DNA of 64,000 nucleotides from Flavobacteriales bacterium (GTDB lineage: Bacteria; Bacteroidota; Bacteroidia; UBA10329), in NCBI GenBank assembly GCA_021741075.1, contig JAIOYO010000003.1, positions 19,889-83,888 of the forward strand, written 5' to 3'. Below are positions 27,905 to 37,512 of this stretch, piece after piece. The notes beneath the pieces were generated by a model. It searched no databases and was not told the DNA's origin. It was given only the letters and a program-made list of their open reading frames with translations. Every line of letters starts with the position of its first letter. Position 1 is the stretch's first letter. Both the position numbers and the translations under genes were made by a program.

Positions 27905-29428
27905 TTACCGTTTTTTCAACTCAAAAATATCCTTTCGTCTATCGCGCAGATTACGCACACTTCCAAACTGATTAAGCTCTCGCAGAAGGTCAATATCTAC
28001 ATCAGCAATCAAAATCATCTCTGTATTAGGTGTTGCTTCTGCTTTAATTCCATTGGCCGGAAAAGCGAAATCGCAAGGCGTAAAAACCATTGCCTGTGCG
28101 TACTGAATATCCATGTTGTGCACCTTAGGTAAATTGCCCACGCTACCTGCAATGGCTACGTAACATTCGTTCTCAATGGCACGTGCCTGAGCACAATTCC
28201 GCACACGCGAAAACCCGTTTTGTGTATCGGTTAAGAATGGAATAAAAAGAATGTCCATGCCTTCATCTGCCAGCAATCGGCTCAATTCTGGAAACTCCGA
28301 ATCGTAGCAAATGAGGATACCAATTTTACCACAATCCGTATCAAAAGCCCTTAACTGGTGGCCGCCTTGCATGCCCCAAACTTTTGCTTCATCGGGCGTA
28401 ACATGTAGTTTTTCGTAACGTTCGGTTGTGCCATCTCGTCTGCACAAATAACCAACGTTGTAAAGCAGTCCGTCCTGAATCTCAGGCATGCTGCCGGTGA
28501 TGACGTTGATGTTGTAAGAGATTGCTAATTCAGAAAACTTCTGAACGATTCGACTTGTATGGCTTGCCAACTCCCGAATAGCTTGTGCCTCTGATAAGTG
28601 ATTGTTCTCTGCCATCAAAGGGGCATTAAAAAACTCTGGGAAGAGAGCAAAATCAGAACGATAGCCTGACACGGCATCGATAAAGTATTCGGCTTGCTGC
28701 ATCAATTCTTCAAAATCTGCATACAATCGCATTTGCCACTGCACCAATCCAAGACGAATAATCTTTTTGTTGGCACCAGCGCGTAGACTTTTTTTCTCGT
28801 AGTAAATATTGTCCCACTCAAGCAGTACCGCGTATTCGCCAGATGCCTCATCTCCTTCTAAATATCCTTTCAGGATTTTATGCGGATGAAAATCGTTTGA
28901 CATCTGGAAGTTCAACACTGGGTCGTGAATTTCCTTACGTTTTACCTTTTCTATGTACTCCTTTGGAGACATTTGCTCGGCATATTTGTGGTAGTTTGGA
29001 ATACGACCACCAAATGCAATTCCGCGCAAATTGAGTCGCTCGCACAATTCCTTACGGTAATCGTAAAGGCGTCTTCCGAGGCGCAATCCACGATAATCGG
29101 GATGGATGAATACATCAATTCCATAAAGCGCATCGCCTTTATTGGTGTGTGTACGAAAAGTGTAATTGCCTGTAATGTCTTTGTAGGTATGATTGGCATC
29201 GAAACTATCGTAATCAACAATAATGGAAAGTGCACAACCAGCCAATTGTCCATTTACCTTGATAACCACTTGGCCATCAGGAAACTTTTTAATTAATGCG
29301 TTGATGTGTTCTTCCTTCCAAACCGAGTTTGGCATGGTGGTGTAGGAATCGATCATGGCTGTTTTCAGCTCCTCATAATCGCCTACCGTTAAAAACTTCA
29401 GTTCTATATTTTCTATTTCTCCAATCAT
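27905..29428 (-). CDS. bifunctional GNAT N-acetyltransferase / carbon-nitrogen hydrolase (nitrilase superfamily) protein
   Basis: N-terminal GNAT (YRGLRLGRRLY). C-terminal CN-hydrolase E-K-C triad contexts (ALFPEFF; YEKLHVTP; ILICYDSEFPE). Confidence 0.8.
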   Translation of the reverse strand: MIGEIENIELKFLTVGDYEELKTAMIDSYTTMPNSVWKEEHINALIKKFPDGQVVIKVNGQLAGCALSIIVDYDSFDANHTYKDITGNYTFRTHTNKGDALYGIDVFIHPDYRGLRLGRRLYDYRKELCERLNLRGIAFGGRIPNYHKYAEQMSPKEYIEKVKRKEIHDPVLNFQMSNDFHPHKILKGYLEGDEASGEYAVLLEWDNIYYEKKSLRAGANKKIIRLGLVQWQMRLYADFEELMQQAEYFIDAVSGYRSDFALFPEFFNAPLMAENNHLSEAQAIRELASHTSRIVQKFSELAISYNINVITGSMPEIQDGLLYNVGYLCRRDGTTERYEKLHVTPDEAKVWGMQGGHQLRAFDTDCGKIGILICYDSEFPELSRLLADEGMDILFIPFLTDTQNGFSRVRNCAQARAIENECYVAIAGSVGNLPKVHNMDIQYAQAMVFTPCDFAFPANGIKAEATPNTEMILIADVDIDLLRELNQFGSVRNLRDRRKDIFELKKR

Positions 29429-29539
29429 GGTTCAAAAGTAAAATTTGGCAGTACGGTTGTACTGCAGTTATACGACAATGCTAATAAGTTAGGAAAAAGA
29501 AATGAGGCCAAGAAAGTGAAAGAGCTTGAAATTGCCCAA

Positions 29540-30475
29540 TTATAACTTTAGGGTGAGGGCCACATCGGGATAATCGGTAATAATTCCATCAACTCCAAGG
29601 TCTAACAAACGAACCATGTCTTCTTCTTCATTTACAGTCCAAGGAATGATACGGATATCTTTATTGTGGCACGCATTCACCAATTCTGCGGTTACAAGCT
29701 TGAAATTAGGACTGTAGATTTGAGGCTCGAAACCAAGTTTGGCCAAATCAGCTTCAAAACTTTCTGACTCCTCAATTAATAAAGCGAGCGGAACAGCTGG
29801 ATCCAACCGTTTCATTGCCTGTAATGAACGGACATCAAACGATTGAATGATGGTTCGGTTTAGAATATCACCTTGGCGCACGACATCCAACACCAATTGG
29901 CAAAATTCCTTAGGTTCTGGATGAAAAACCCCATCGCCTTCAGGTGTACTTTTAATCTCGATGTTGTACAGTACAGATTCCAACTCCAACTCAGCGGTGG
30001 CGGCTTCAACTTCGGCAATTACCTCACTCAGTAGTGGTTTGAAAGTTGCAAATTTGGCTTGCTGCGGAAAATTGGGATGCGGTTGACTACCGCAATTGAA
30101 ATTGCTGATTTGCTGATAGGTTAGTTCGTAGAGCTTAATCCCATCTCCTTCTGGTACGGGTTTATCGTTGAGACCCCAGCAAATGACAGAACTCATCCAG
30201 GGCTCGTGAGAAACCACCACTTTATTGTCTTTGGAGATTACTACGTCCATCTCAACAGTATTTACCTGAAGTTCAACGGCTCCAACGAAACCTTCGATGC
30301 TATTCTCAGGGAATAATCCGCGAGCACCGCGATGACCTTGCAGGTCAAATTCGCGTGAGGATGAAGTGGTTGCTGTTTCCGATACTTCGCTTTTTGAATG
30401 TTCGGTTGAGGGTTGACAGCCAATAAACACAACAGAAAAAAGTAGGGTTGAAAAAAGCGAGTTGATGGTTTTCAT
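29540..30475 (-). CDS. glycerophosphodiester phosphodiesterase (secreted/lipoprotein)
   Basis: Lipoprotein-like signal (..FIGC), LQGHRGARGLFPENS, VEMDVVISKD, ...DGIITDYP. Confidence 0.85.
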   Translation of the reverse strand: MKTINSLFSTLLFSVVFIGCQPSTEHSKSEVSETATTSSSREFDLQGHRGARGLFPENSIEGFVGAVELQVNTVEMDVVISKDNKVVVSHEPWMSSVICWGLNDKPVPEGDGIKLYELTYQQISNFNCGSQPHPNFPQQAKFATFKPLLSEVIAEVEAATAELELESVLYNIEIKSTPEGDGVFHPEPKEFCQLVLDVVRQGDILNRTIIQSFDVRSLQAMKRLDPAVPLALLIEESESFEADLAKLGFEPQIYSPNFKLVTAELVNACHNKDIRIIPWTVNEEEDMVRLLDLGVDGIITDYPDVALTLKL

Positions 30476-30491
30476 TTATGTATAATTAAGT

Positions 30492-30899
30492 TCAATCAGA
30501 GTCAAATTTACGTCTCGATTTCTTTTCAGATTGCTTCTTTTTAGTATCGAGTCGCTTGCGTTTAACTGCATGAGGAATACCGGTTTTCTTTCGAATTTTC
30601 TTCTTCTCGAGTGCTAGAAGGACAAGCTCAAAAAGCCTCTCGATAGCAATTTCGCGATTTTTGGCCTGCGAGCGGGTTTCGCCACAACTTACCGCCAAAA
30701 CGCCTTCTGAGTTTATTCGATTTTTAAGACGAGTAAATATTCTTGCTTTTTGATAGTCGGAGAGAACCGAACTACTAGGAATACTTAGCATGGACTCTAC
30801 GCGTGTCTCAACTTTATTCACGTTCTGACCACCTGCTCCTGAGCTACGTGAGGTTCGGAACGTGATTTCTTTAAGCAATGCTTCTCTTTCGAATTCCAT
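30492..30899 (-). CDS. arfB: alternative ribosome-rescue factor ArfB (peptidyl-tRNA hydrolase, GGQ)
   Basis: SSGAGGQNVNKVETRV GGQ motif, 135 aa, basic C-terminal tail. Confidence 0.85.
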   Translation of the reverse strand: MEFEREALLKEITFRTSRSSGAGGQNVNKVETRVESMLSIPSSSVLSDYQKARIFTRLKNRINSEGVLAVSCGETRSQAKNREIAIERLFELVLLALEKKKIRKKTGIPHAVKRKRLDTKKKQSEKKSRRKFDSD

Positions 30900-30901
30900 A
30901 G

Positions 30902-31717
30902 CTAACGATTGAGCAAGATGACCATCGATTTGATGGCATCTGTTTGAATAATATCTGCATCCAATCCAAGCAATTTACGGTTGGAAAACACGGAACCTGC
31001 TCCCCAAATCATCACTTTCACGTTGGATTGTTGTGCTTCTTGAATCTGTTTTTTGGTGATATGAGCCGCGTTTATTGAAATTCCGTTGAACCCATTTTCT
31101 TTTGTAGAAGAAATTGCTGAATCTGCTTCTTGGGCGTAGAGGAATAGCTCTGCCTTCACTCCTTCTCTCTTCAAATTACCCAATACGGCCAAATCTTTAG
31201 ATTCAATTAAAAATCTGAACTGCGGAAATTGATTTACCAGTTTTACAATTTGTGTTTGAAATTGTCTTAACCGAAGACTGTCTATTTCTGGCTCCAACTT
31301 TAAATCCAACGAAAAAATGGTTCCTTCCTTCCACGGAGAACCAAGTAGTGTATCTAAAGCATCTACTGGTTCGGCTTTGTGAAAAACGCCATGCGAACAC
31401 TCATATATACTGGAATAGGTTTTCTCCCAAACAAACCCCGGACAACCCGAAAGCAGTGGAAGCTCCTCATCGTGGAATGAAATGAGCACGTTATCTAATG
31501 TCATTCGCACATCAATTTCTGTTCCTTCAATAGGATAAGCAAGTGCAGTTTGGATGGAGTGTTTTGAATCGAGCGTTAGTGGCGATCGAACTCCCATTCC
31601 GCCATGTCCAAGAATGATGGGCACTTTTTCGAGTTCTACCGTTCGGTGAACGTATTTCCAAACACTTAGCCCGACAATTAGAAGCAAAAGCGCAACAAAA
31701 GGGAGTTTTTTCTTCAC
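30902..31717 (-). CDS. glycerophosphodiester phosphodiesterase-family (PI-PLC-like) protein, divergent
   Basis: N-terminal TM anchor, ILGHGGMG (HRG-like), GTEIDVRMTLDNVLISFHD, ...DADIIQTD. Confidence 0.6.
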   Translation of the reverse strand: MKKKLPFVALLLLIVGLSVWKYVHRTVELEKVPIILGHGGMGVRSPLTLDSKHSIQTALAYPIEGTEIDVRMTLDNVLISFHDEELPLLSGCPGFVWEKTYSSIYECSHGVFHKAEPVDALDTLLGSPWKEGTIFSLDLKLEPEIDSLRLRQFQTQIVKLVNQFPQFRFLIESKDLAVLGNLKREGVKAELFLYAQEADSAISSTKENGFNGISINAAHITKKQIQEAQQSNVKVMIWGAGSVFSNRKLLGLDADIIQTDAIKSMVILLNR

Positions 31718-31718
31718 C

Positions 31719-33578
31719 TTATTGCTTGATTACCTTCTTGCTGAAGACGTTTTGGGTGGCGGTATAAGCTTTGAGAAAATAGGTTCCGGAAGAAAGAAAC
31801 GAACCATTAAATGACAAGCGATTCTTGCCAGCTTTGATGCGGTCTTCCATCAGAAATCTTACCAATTTCCCTTCAATATTTACCAATTCTAACCGCAAAA
31901 GTGTGCTTTCTTCCAATTCAAAAGTGACTTCTAATTGGTTGACAAATGGATTGGGAAAAACGACAGAATGAACGTCATTGGCTTGGTGTTCGATTATTCC
32001 TGTAGTCAATTCGGGAGAAGTCAATTTGCCAATCCAAGTTCCGTGTCCATGGCTAGCTGTTCCGATTGAACCTACCGCCCAAATGGTTCCAACCTCATCA
32101 TACAATCGTTGGGAGCCGGAATAATCGCCCCATCGCTCAATAGAATCCGACATCACGTTTACGTATCCAAGTCCGGCTTTGATTTCCACTCTTTCAGATG
32201 CTTCCAGATTTGCATTCACATGAATGGCGCTAAATCCAGCAAAATCATTCTCACCGCAATGATTAAAGCTGATGATGGCTTGCTCATCATTTTCGTACAA
32301 CCCAGACCATGAGATATTTGGGTAACCATAATTGATAATTGGGTCGCTATAAATCCTGCTAGTCACGGTTGGATTGGCGCCTTCGTGTCCATCAATCACA
32401 CCATAATAAATGGCCGATGTTCCTGTGGCTGGATTGGTGCAACTCTGCACGAAATGCAAGCGATTATTGAGCGTGTAGCCACCCAAAACACGATTGTCGT
32501 TCGTATCAAACCAGTTATTCCCCTCTTGCTTTGCTGGGACTGGCAATACGTATGGCACATCGGCACGGATGGTTCTTACAATCAATTCTGCGTTGGGGTC
32601 GGTTACCCGACCAGTTACTTCTAGCAGAAAAAGTGTGTCGTTTTCCGAAGAAGTGTTTCGATTTGAGAGCAAAAACATATTCTCGCCACTTGGTGCAACT
32701 CCATCTTGAATGGGAGTAATATTGAAAATCTTGCGTAAGCCTGGGAGAATGTCGCTGTAGTATTTGGTAATGAGGTCGAAACCAATGTAGCCTTCTCTCA
32801 AACCAATTTGCCACAAACAGGATTCTGTAAAACCAGAGTTATTTGAGGAACCATTAGTAAAGGTGTTTATACCTATGTATAGGTCTTTGCCCGAAATGCC
32901 AACCACTGGATAATCTGACCATGTTTCGTTTACTAACGGATTGCCCGGAAGCGAATACAAATGCCATTCGCCAGTTGGGTCTGCAGTTTTGCTAAATGCA
33001 ACCACGATATTGCTGGTTTCCCACGTATAGCCGCTCAAATAAATAATGATGAAACGATTGTTTGATGGATCGTAAATCACCTTTGGGTCATACTTGCTTC
33101 CGGTTACGCCAAGCGGTTGCGCTAAATTTCCTAATGAACGGTAAAGTACTTGTTCCTGTGTGACGGAATTGTACATGTGAATCCTTGAATTTGTGACAGA
33201 AACAATGATTCCGTCATTGGAAATGGCCATGTCATTATCATTCGGAACACCACTGAAACTGTTTCCTTCAAAATTGGCTACCACATTTGGTGCTGGTCCA
33301 GCTGCAACGCGTGCATGGCGTGCATTGGTTGCAGGGTAACGCTCCATAATTTCCAATTTCTTGGCAAGCAATTCGGCACGCGACCCGCTAACTCCCGGCT
33401 TTGGAGCTTCGAGATGTTCCAGATGAATATTCCAATCTTCCGTCTCTTCAGACATGATGATGGTGGCGCCTTTAACTATGGTCATCTCTTTTACAGAAGC
33501 TTGTTGGCTAAAGCCAAAAAACGGAACGAGAAGTAGGAACGTAAAAAGTGTTTTCATGGTGATTGTTTGCGGATTCAA
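31719..33578 (-). CDS. secreted protein with T9SS C-terminal sorting domain
   Basis: Signal peptide. C-terminal roughly 80 aa (VFPNPFVNQLEVTFE...GTYFLKAYTATQNVFSKKVIKQ) is typical of the T9SS CTD. The body has no recognised catalytic motif. Confidence 0.65.
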   Translation of the reverse strand: MNPQTITMKTLFTFLLLVPFFGFSQQASVKEMTIVKGATIIMSEETEDWNIHLEHLEAPKPGVSGSRAELLAKKLEIMERYPATNARHARVAAGPAPNVVANFEGNSFSGVPNDNDMAISNDGIIVSVTNSRIHMYNSVTQEQVLYRSLGNLAQPLGVTGSKYDPKVIYDPSNNRFIIIYLSGYTWETSNIVVAFSKTADPTGEWHLYSLPGNPLVNETWSDYPVVGISGKDLYIGINTFTNGSSNNSGFTESCLWQIGLREGYIGFDLITKYYSDILPGLRKIFNITPIQDGVAPSGENMFLLSNRNTSSENDTLFLLEVTGRVTDPNAELIVRTIRADVPYVLPVPAKQEGNNWFDTNDNRVLGGYTLNNRLHFVQSCTNPATGTSAIYYGVIDGHEGANPTVTSRIYSDPIINYGYPNISWSGLYENDEQAIISFNHCGENDFAGFSAIHVNANLEASERVEIKAGLGYVNVMSDSIERWGDYSGSQRLYDEVGTIWAVGSIGTASHGHGTWIGKLTSPELTTGIIEHQANDVHSVVFPNPFVNQLEVTFELEESTLLRLELVNIEGKLVRFLMEDRIKAGKNRLSFNGSFLSSGTYFLKAYTATQNVFSKKVIKQ

Positions 33579-33581
33579 GGT

Positions 33582-34142
33582 CTAAAATTTCTTCCACATA
33601 CTTACGTGCGGACCCACATTTGGCACCTCATATTCGGGACCAAAGCAGCACCATGCGTTGGCTTCATAAAATGGTATTGCCTCTATTCGTGCTTGTAGCC
33701 AACCCGTTTTGGCATTCCATAGCGTTACGCTTTCCTTTTCTAATGCATCTAAAACTTTGCTTGCAATACCTTGACCTTGATATTCATCGAGCGTTCCCAT
33801 GGCGCGCACTTGCACGGCAGGCCTCAATCCGTCTGAAGGAATTTCTAGTCCGCTATCATCCTCTATTGGTTTATATCCAGCACACAAGGGTTCGAACGGT
33901 GGACAGGCGCTTTTTGCTTTTTGGTCGAATGCGCTTCCGTCTTCATTTTCGGGAATAAGATGCGCACGACCTACGGCTACAATTTTTCCATTTTCTTCCA
34001 TCCAACAGTGAATGGCTTCATAATCGCCACCCAATCTTTCAGAACCCTTTGGAGAGCCAAGAGGTTTTCTAAGAATCTCATAACGCACATCGAAATATGC
34101 TTCGGGTAGGCTTTCGCCTGGGAGTTTGATTACAGTCTTCAA
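33582..34142 (-). CDS. GNAT-family N-acetyltransferase
   Basis: Acetyl-CoA motif QGQGIASKVL; GNAT-like length and layout, with an insertion. Confidence 0.6.
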   Translation of the reverse strand: MKTVIKLPGESLPEAYFDVRYEILRKPLGSPKGSERLGGDYEAIHCWMEENGKIVAVGRAHLIPENEDGSAFDQKAKSACPPFEPLCAGYKPIEDDSGLEIPSDGLRPAVQVRAMGTLDEYQGQGIASKVLDALEKESVTLWNAKTGWLQARIEAIPFYEANAWCCFGPEYEVPNVGPHVSMWKKF

Positions 34143-34990
34143 AGCAGGAATAGATCAGCGATTACGAATGAGGCGAATGTTACGGAGGCAACTCCGTTAG
34201 TGGTAAAGAAAGCCAAGTTTACTCGGCTCAAATCGTTCGGTTTTATCAGCGTGTGCTGGTAAATGAGTAAGCCTAAAAAAATGGCGTAACCAATCCAATA
34301 CAACCAGTGAAAATCGCCCATGCTGCCTGCCCAAAAGAGCAGTGCAGCTGTAATGGCGTGCAAAACGTTTGAAAGATTCAACGCTTTCTCTTTTCCTAAC
34401 CAAACTGGGATGGAGAAAAGGTTGTTTTCTCTATCAAAATCTTCATCCTGCAAGGCATAAATAATATCGAAACCTCCCACCCAAAAGAGAACAGCAAATG
34501 AAAAAAGGAGCGGCAGCACATGAAACTCGCCAACAACAGCCAAATAGGCTCCAATTGGCGCAAGACTCAACCCTAATCCTAGTATAAGGTGGCACAAAGC
34601 TGTAAACCGTTTGGTAATGCTGTAGCCTAGAACAACCGCCAACGCAACAGGCGAAAGCGCCAAGCACAACGGATTAATGAAATAGGTGGTGATGACAAAT
34701 GCTGCTGAGTTGAGAATAACGAACCAAAGAGCTGCATTCGCATGAATAATTCCTGCTGGTATTTCCCTTATTGCGGTACGCGGATTTTTCTCGTCAATGT
34801 TTCTGTCGATATAACGATTGAACGCCATGGCCGCATTTCGGGCAAAGACCATACACAGCACCACTTTGGCCAATAAATGCCATTCAAAAGTGGCAGAAGT
34901 AAACTGCACGGCCATAAAAAAACCAATGAGCGCAAACGGCATTGCGAAGATGGTATGCGAGAATTTTACGAGTGATAGATAATTTTTCAT
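34139..34990 (-). CDS. UbiA-family aromatic prenyltransferase (4-hydroxybenzoate polyprenyltransferase-like)
   Basis: Polytopic. NRYIDRNIDEKNPRT (NxxxDxxxD) and a second Asp-rich motif, YALQDEDFD. ATG at 34990; 4-nt overlap with the downstream GNAT. Confidence 0.75.
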   Translation of the reverse strand: MKNYLSLVKFSHTIFAMPFALIGFFMAVQFTSATFEWHLLAKVVLCMVFARNAAMAFNRYIDRNIDEKNPRTAIREIPAGIIHANAALWFVILNSAAFVITTYFINPLCLALSPVALAVVLGYSITKRFTALCHLILGLGLSLAPIGAYLAVVGEFHVLPLLFSFAVLFWVGGFDIIYALQDEDFDRENNLFSIPVWLGKEKALNLSNVLHAITAALLFWAGSMGDFHWLYWIGYAIFLGLLIYQHTLIKPNDLSRVNLAFFTTNGVASVTFASFVIADLFLL

Positions 34991-35047
34991 AGTGGTTTCG
35001 CGCTCAAATGTACCCACTATGCATTTGTTAACCGATACATTTGCATC

Positions 35048-35230
35048 ATGTTCAAACGATTGTTCTTCCTCTCAGGCATCATTGCATTCTTGCTTTCGTG
35101 TGCGCTCATGTATTTCTGGTATTTGCCTAATCATCCAACTGAAAAATCTGTCTCTACTGAACAGGAAGTTGAGACGATTGTTGATTCAACAAAACTAGAT
35201 TCGCCCAATACCGCCACGCCTTTGGAATGA
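35048..35230 (+). CDS. small membrane-anchored hypothetical protein
   Basis: 60 aa with one TM helix. ATGA overlap with the next ORF. Confidence 0.3.
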   Translation: MFKRLFFLSGIIAFLLSCALMYFWYLPNHPTEKSVSTEQEVETIVDSTKLDSPNTATPLE

Positions 35231-35961
35231 AACCCCTGCTCCCGTTCTTCCTTCTTTTTATCTCACTTTCTGCACTTGCGCAGAAAGTAGAATACACTGC
35301 TGATTTTGTGTTCAAAAACGGCATTTATCTCTCGTTTCAAGATTTTAAGAATAACAATCCTGTGCCTGTGACGCACATTCTTAGCGATTTCGATATCCGT
35401 TCTGCCGACTACCTGTGGGAGGCACTCGATACAGATTCAATCATTTATTACGATAACCAGTTGGAGGAACGAAAAGTTGCCGTGAATAAGGTTTGGGGAT
35501 TTTGCTCAAACAACAGAATTCATGTAGGAATCAATACGGTTGAACGTTCAGACGATTGGGAAGACCGCGATTGGTTTCCGCTGATTTCGATTGGGGCTTA
35601 CAGTTATTTTACTGCACTAGTTTCTGTTACCCGATTTATGCCGCCTTCGGTTGGTATAGGAATGCCAGCTACTGGAATTTCGCTTTATGACGACCCCATG
35701 ATGAACAATCAGGGGAATTACTACCAAGAATCGGTTCCTATTCAAATGCTATTGGATTTCTCAAACGGTGAATTTATTCAGCTCGCCACGGGCGATTTAA
35801 ATTCCATTTCTCCCAAATTAATGGCCGATTTACTTCAGAAAGACCAAGTACTACTTGCCGAATACACGGATAAATCTGGCCGCGATCAAAAACAGACTTC
35901 CATGTTCAATATCAGAAAGTTCAATCAGCGCAATCCGATTTATTTCCCAGTTTCGAACTGA
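35227..35961 (+). CDS. hypothetical secreted protein
   Basis: Signal peptide ...LSALAQ. No motif recognised. Confidence 0.5.
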   Translation: MKPLLPFFLLFISLSALAQKVEYTADFVFKNGIYLSFQDFKNNNPVPVTHILSDFDIRSADYLWEALDTDSIIYYDNQLEERKVAVNKVWGFCSNNRIHVGINTVERSDDWEDRDWFPLISIGAYSYFTALVSVTRFMPPSVGIGMPATGISLYDDPMMNNQGNYYQESVPIQMLLDFSNGEFIQLATGDLNSISPKLMADLLQKDQVLLAEYTDKSGRDQKQTSMFNIRKFNQRNPIYFPVSN

Positions 35962-36065
35962 CACCAATAAATTTTGTGGAAAATATTTAGCAAACCCCCA
36001 ATTTATTAAGGGGTTTAACCAAATAAAACTCAGTTTCTTTGCGGAATCAATCAAATTATTGACGC

Positions 36066-37388
36066 ATGGGAAAGAAAAAGAGTAAAACATACGCCACCAT
36101 TGCGCTATTTATCCTCGTACTGGTAGGATTATTCGCAGCTTTTTATCCGACCATTCATCCTTCGGGAGGAGATTTTGACTCAGGAGACATCGCTTGGCTC
36201 ATTTCTGCCTCGGGGCTGGTGCTTATTATGACGCCCGGGCTCAGTTATTTCTACGGAGGAATGGTCTCCGCCAAAAACATCATCAGCACCATGCTTCAGA
36301 GTTTTGTGGCCTTGGGAGTGATAACTGTTCTATGGTTCGTAGTAGGTTTCAGTCTCAGTTTTGGCGATAGCATTGGCGGATTTATTGGCGACCCGCGCAC
36401 CTTTTTCATGTTCAATAATGTCGGGACAGCGGCTCATTCTACGATTGCCACGGGCATTCCATTCGTTCTCTTTGCCGCCTTCCAACTCAAGTTCGCCATC
36501 ATCACTCCCGCCTTGATAACGGGCGCATTTGCCGAACGCATCAAGTTTTGGGGCTACATGCTTTTTATGGTTTTGTTCTGCCTCTTCATTTACACGCCAT
36601 TGGCGCATTGGACCTGGCATCCCGAAGGTTTCTTATTCAAATGGGGCGTGCTCGATTTTGCAGGCGGAACCGTAGTTCACATCTCAGCAGGAATGGCCGC
36701 CCTTGCTGGCGCCATGTTCTTCGGAAGAAGAAAAGTGCACCTAGAAAAAGTAGAGAACACGCCCGTAAACATTCCTTACGTATTGCTCGGCACGGGTTTG
36801 CTTTGGTTCGGCTGGTTCGGTTTCAATGCGGGTTCGGCCTTGGCTGCCGATGAATTGGCGGTTACGGCTTTCGTCAACACCAATTTGGCCTCGGCAGCCG
36901 CCATGCTTGCTTGGTTGGTTTACGATTCGGCCCGCGGACGCAAACCATCCGCCTTGGGCGGAAGCATTGGTGCGGTGGTTGGCTTGGTTGCCATTACACC
37001 AGCCGCAGGATTTGTGAGTTTCGGAGCAAGCATTGCCATCGGCATTACGGCCAGCATTGTTTCAAACATTGCTGTACATCTCAAGTCGAAATCGACCTTG
37101 GATGACACTTTGGAGGTGTTTCCGTGCCACGGTATTGGCGGCATTGTGGGCATGATTCTAACAGGCGTTTTTGCCTTGGATGGCGGATTGATCACAGGCG
37201 AAACCACCTTATTTCTCAATCACATGTTGGCACTTGTCATCGTGTGCGCCTTCACCTTTGGAGGAAGTTACCTGCTGTATTACATCACCAACGCCATCAT
37301 TCCGCTTCGCGTGAGCGAGGAGGCGGAAGAGATTGGATTAGACCTCACGCAGCACAACGAGAAGTACATTTTGGCGCGGGTGGATTGA
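36066..37388 (+). CDS. amt: ammonium transporter
   Basis: 11-TM Amt/MEP signature (DFAGGTVVHISAG, GWFGFNAGSA, HGIGGIVG). Confidence 0.9.
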   Translation: MGKKKSKTYATIALFILVLVGLFAAFYPTIHPSGGDFDSGDIAWLISASGLVLIMTPGLSYFYGGMVSAKNIISTMLQSFVALGVITVLWFVVGFSLSFGDSIGGFIGDPRTFFMFNNVGTAAHSTIATGIPFVLFAAFQLKFAIITPALITGAFAERIKFWGYMLFMVLFCLFIYTPLAHWTWHPEGFLFKWGVLDFAGGTVVHISAGMAALAGAMFFGRRKVHLEKVENTPVNIPYVLLGTGLLWFGWFGFNAGSALAADELAVTAFVNTNLASAAAMLAWLVYDSARGRKPSALGGSIGAVVGLVAITPAAGFVSFGASIAIGITASIVSNIAVHLKSKSTLDDTLEVFPCHGIGGIVGMILTGVFALDGGLITGETTLFLNHMLALVIVCAFTFGGSYLLYYITNAIIPLRVSEEAEEIGLDLTQHNEKYILARVD

Positions 37389-37414
37389 TTACCATTGAAT
37401 TCTGATGCATTTCG

Positions 37415-37447
37415 TTTGGAATTTGATGGCTGCCAATCCAAATTTTG
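37415..37447 (+). terminator. weak terminator candidate after amt
   Basis: TTTGGA(A)TT ... AATCCAAA imperfect stem followed by TTTTG. Confidence 0.3.
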
Positions 37448-37512
37448 CACATTCTTAAAGGAATTTGGAAAATTCCGGATGTGAAGTGCTGCGTTCTTAT
37501 TGAAATGTGGTG

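Noticed and set aside
35992-36016. AAACCCC-N11-GGGGTTT hairpin upstream of amt as a terminator or nitrogen-regulatory site
   Set aside because: No T-run follows it and I recognise no regulator motif. A single 7-bp stem is insufficient evidence.
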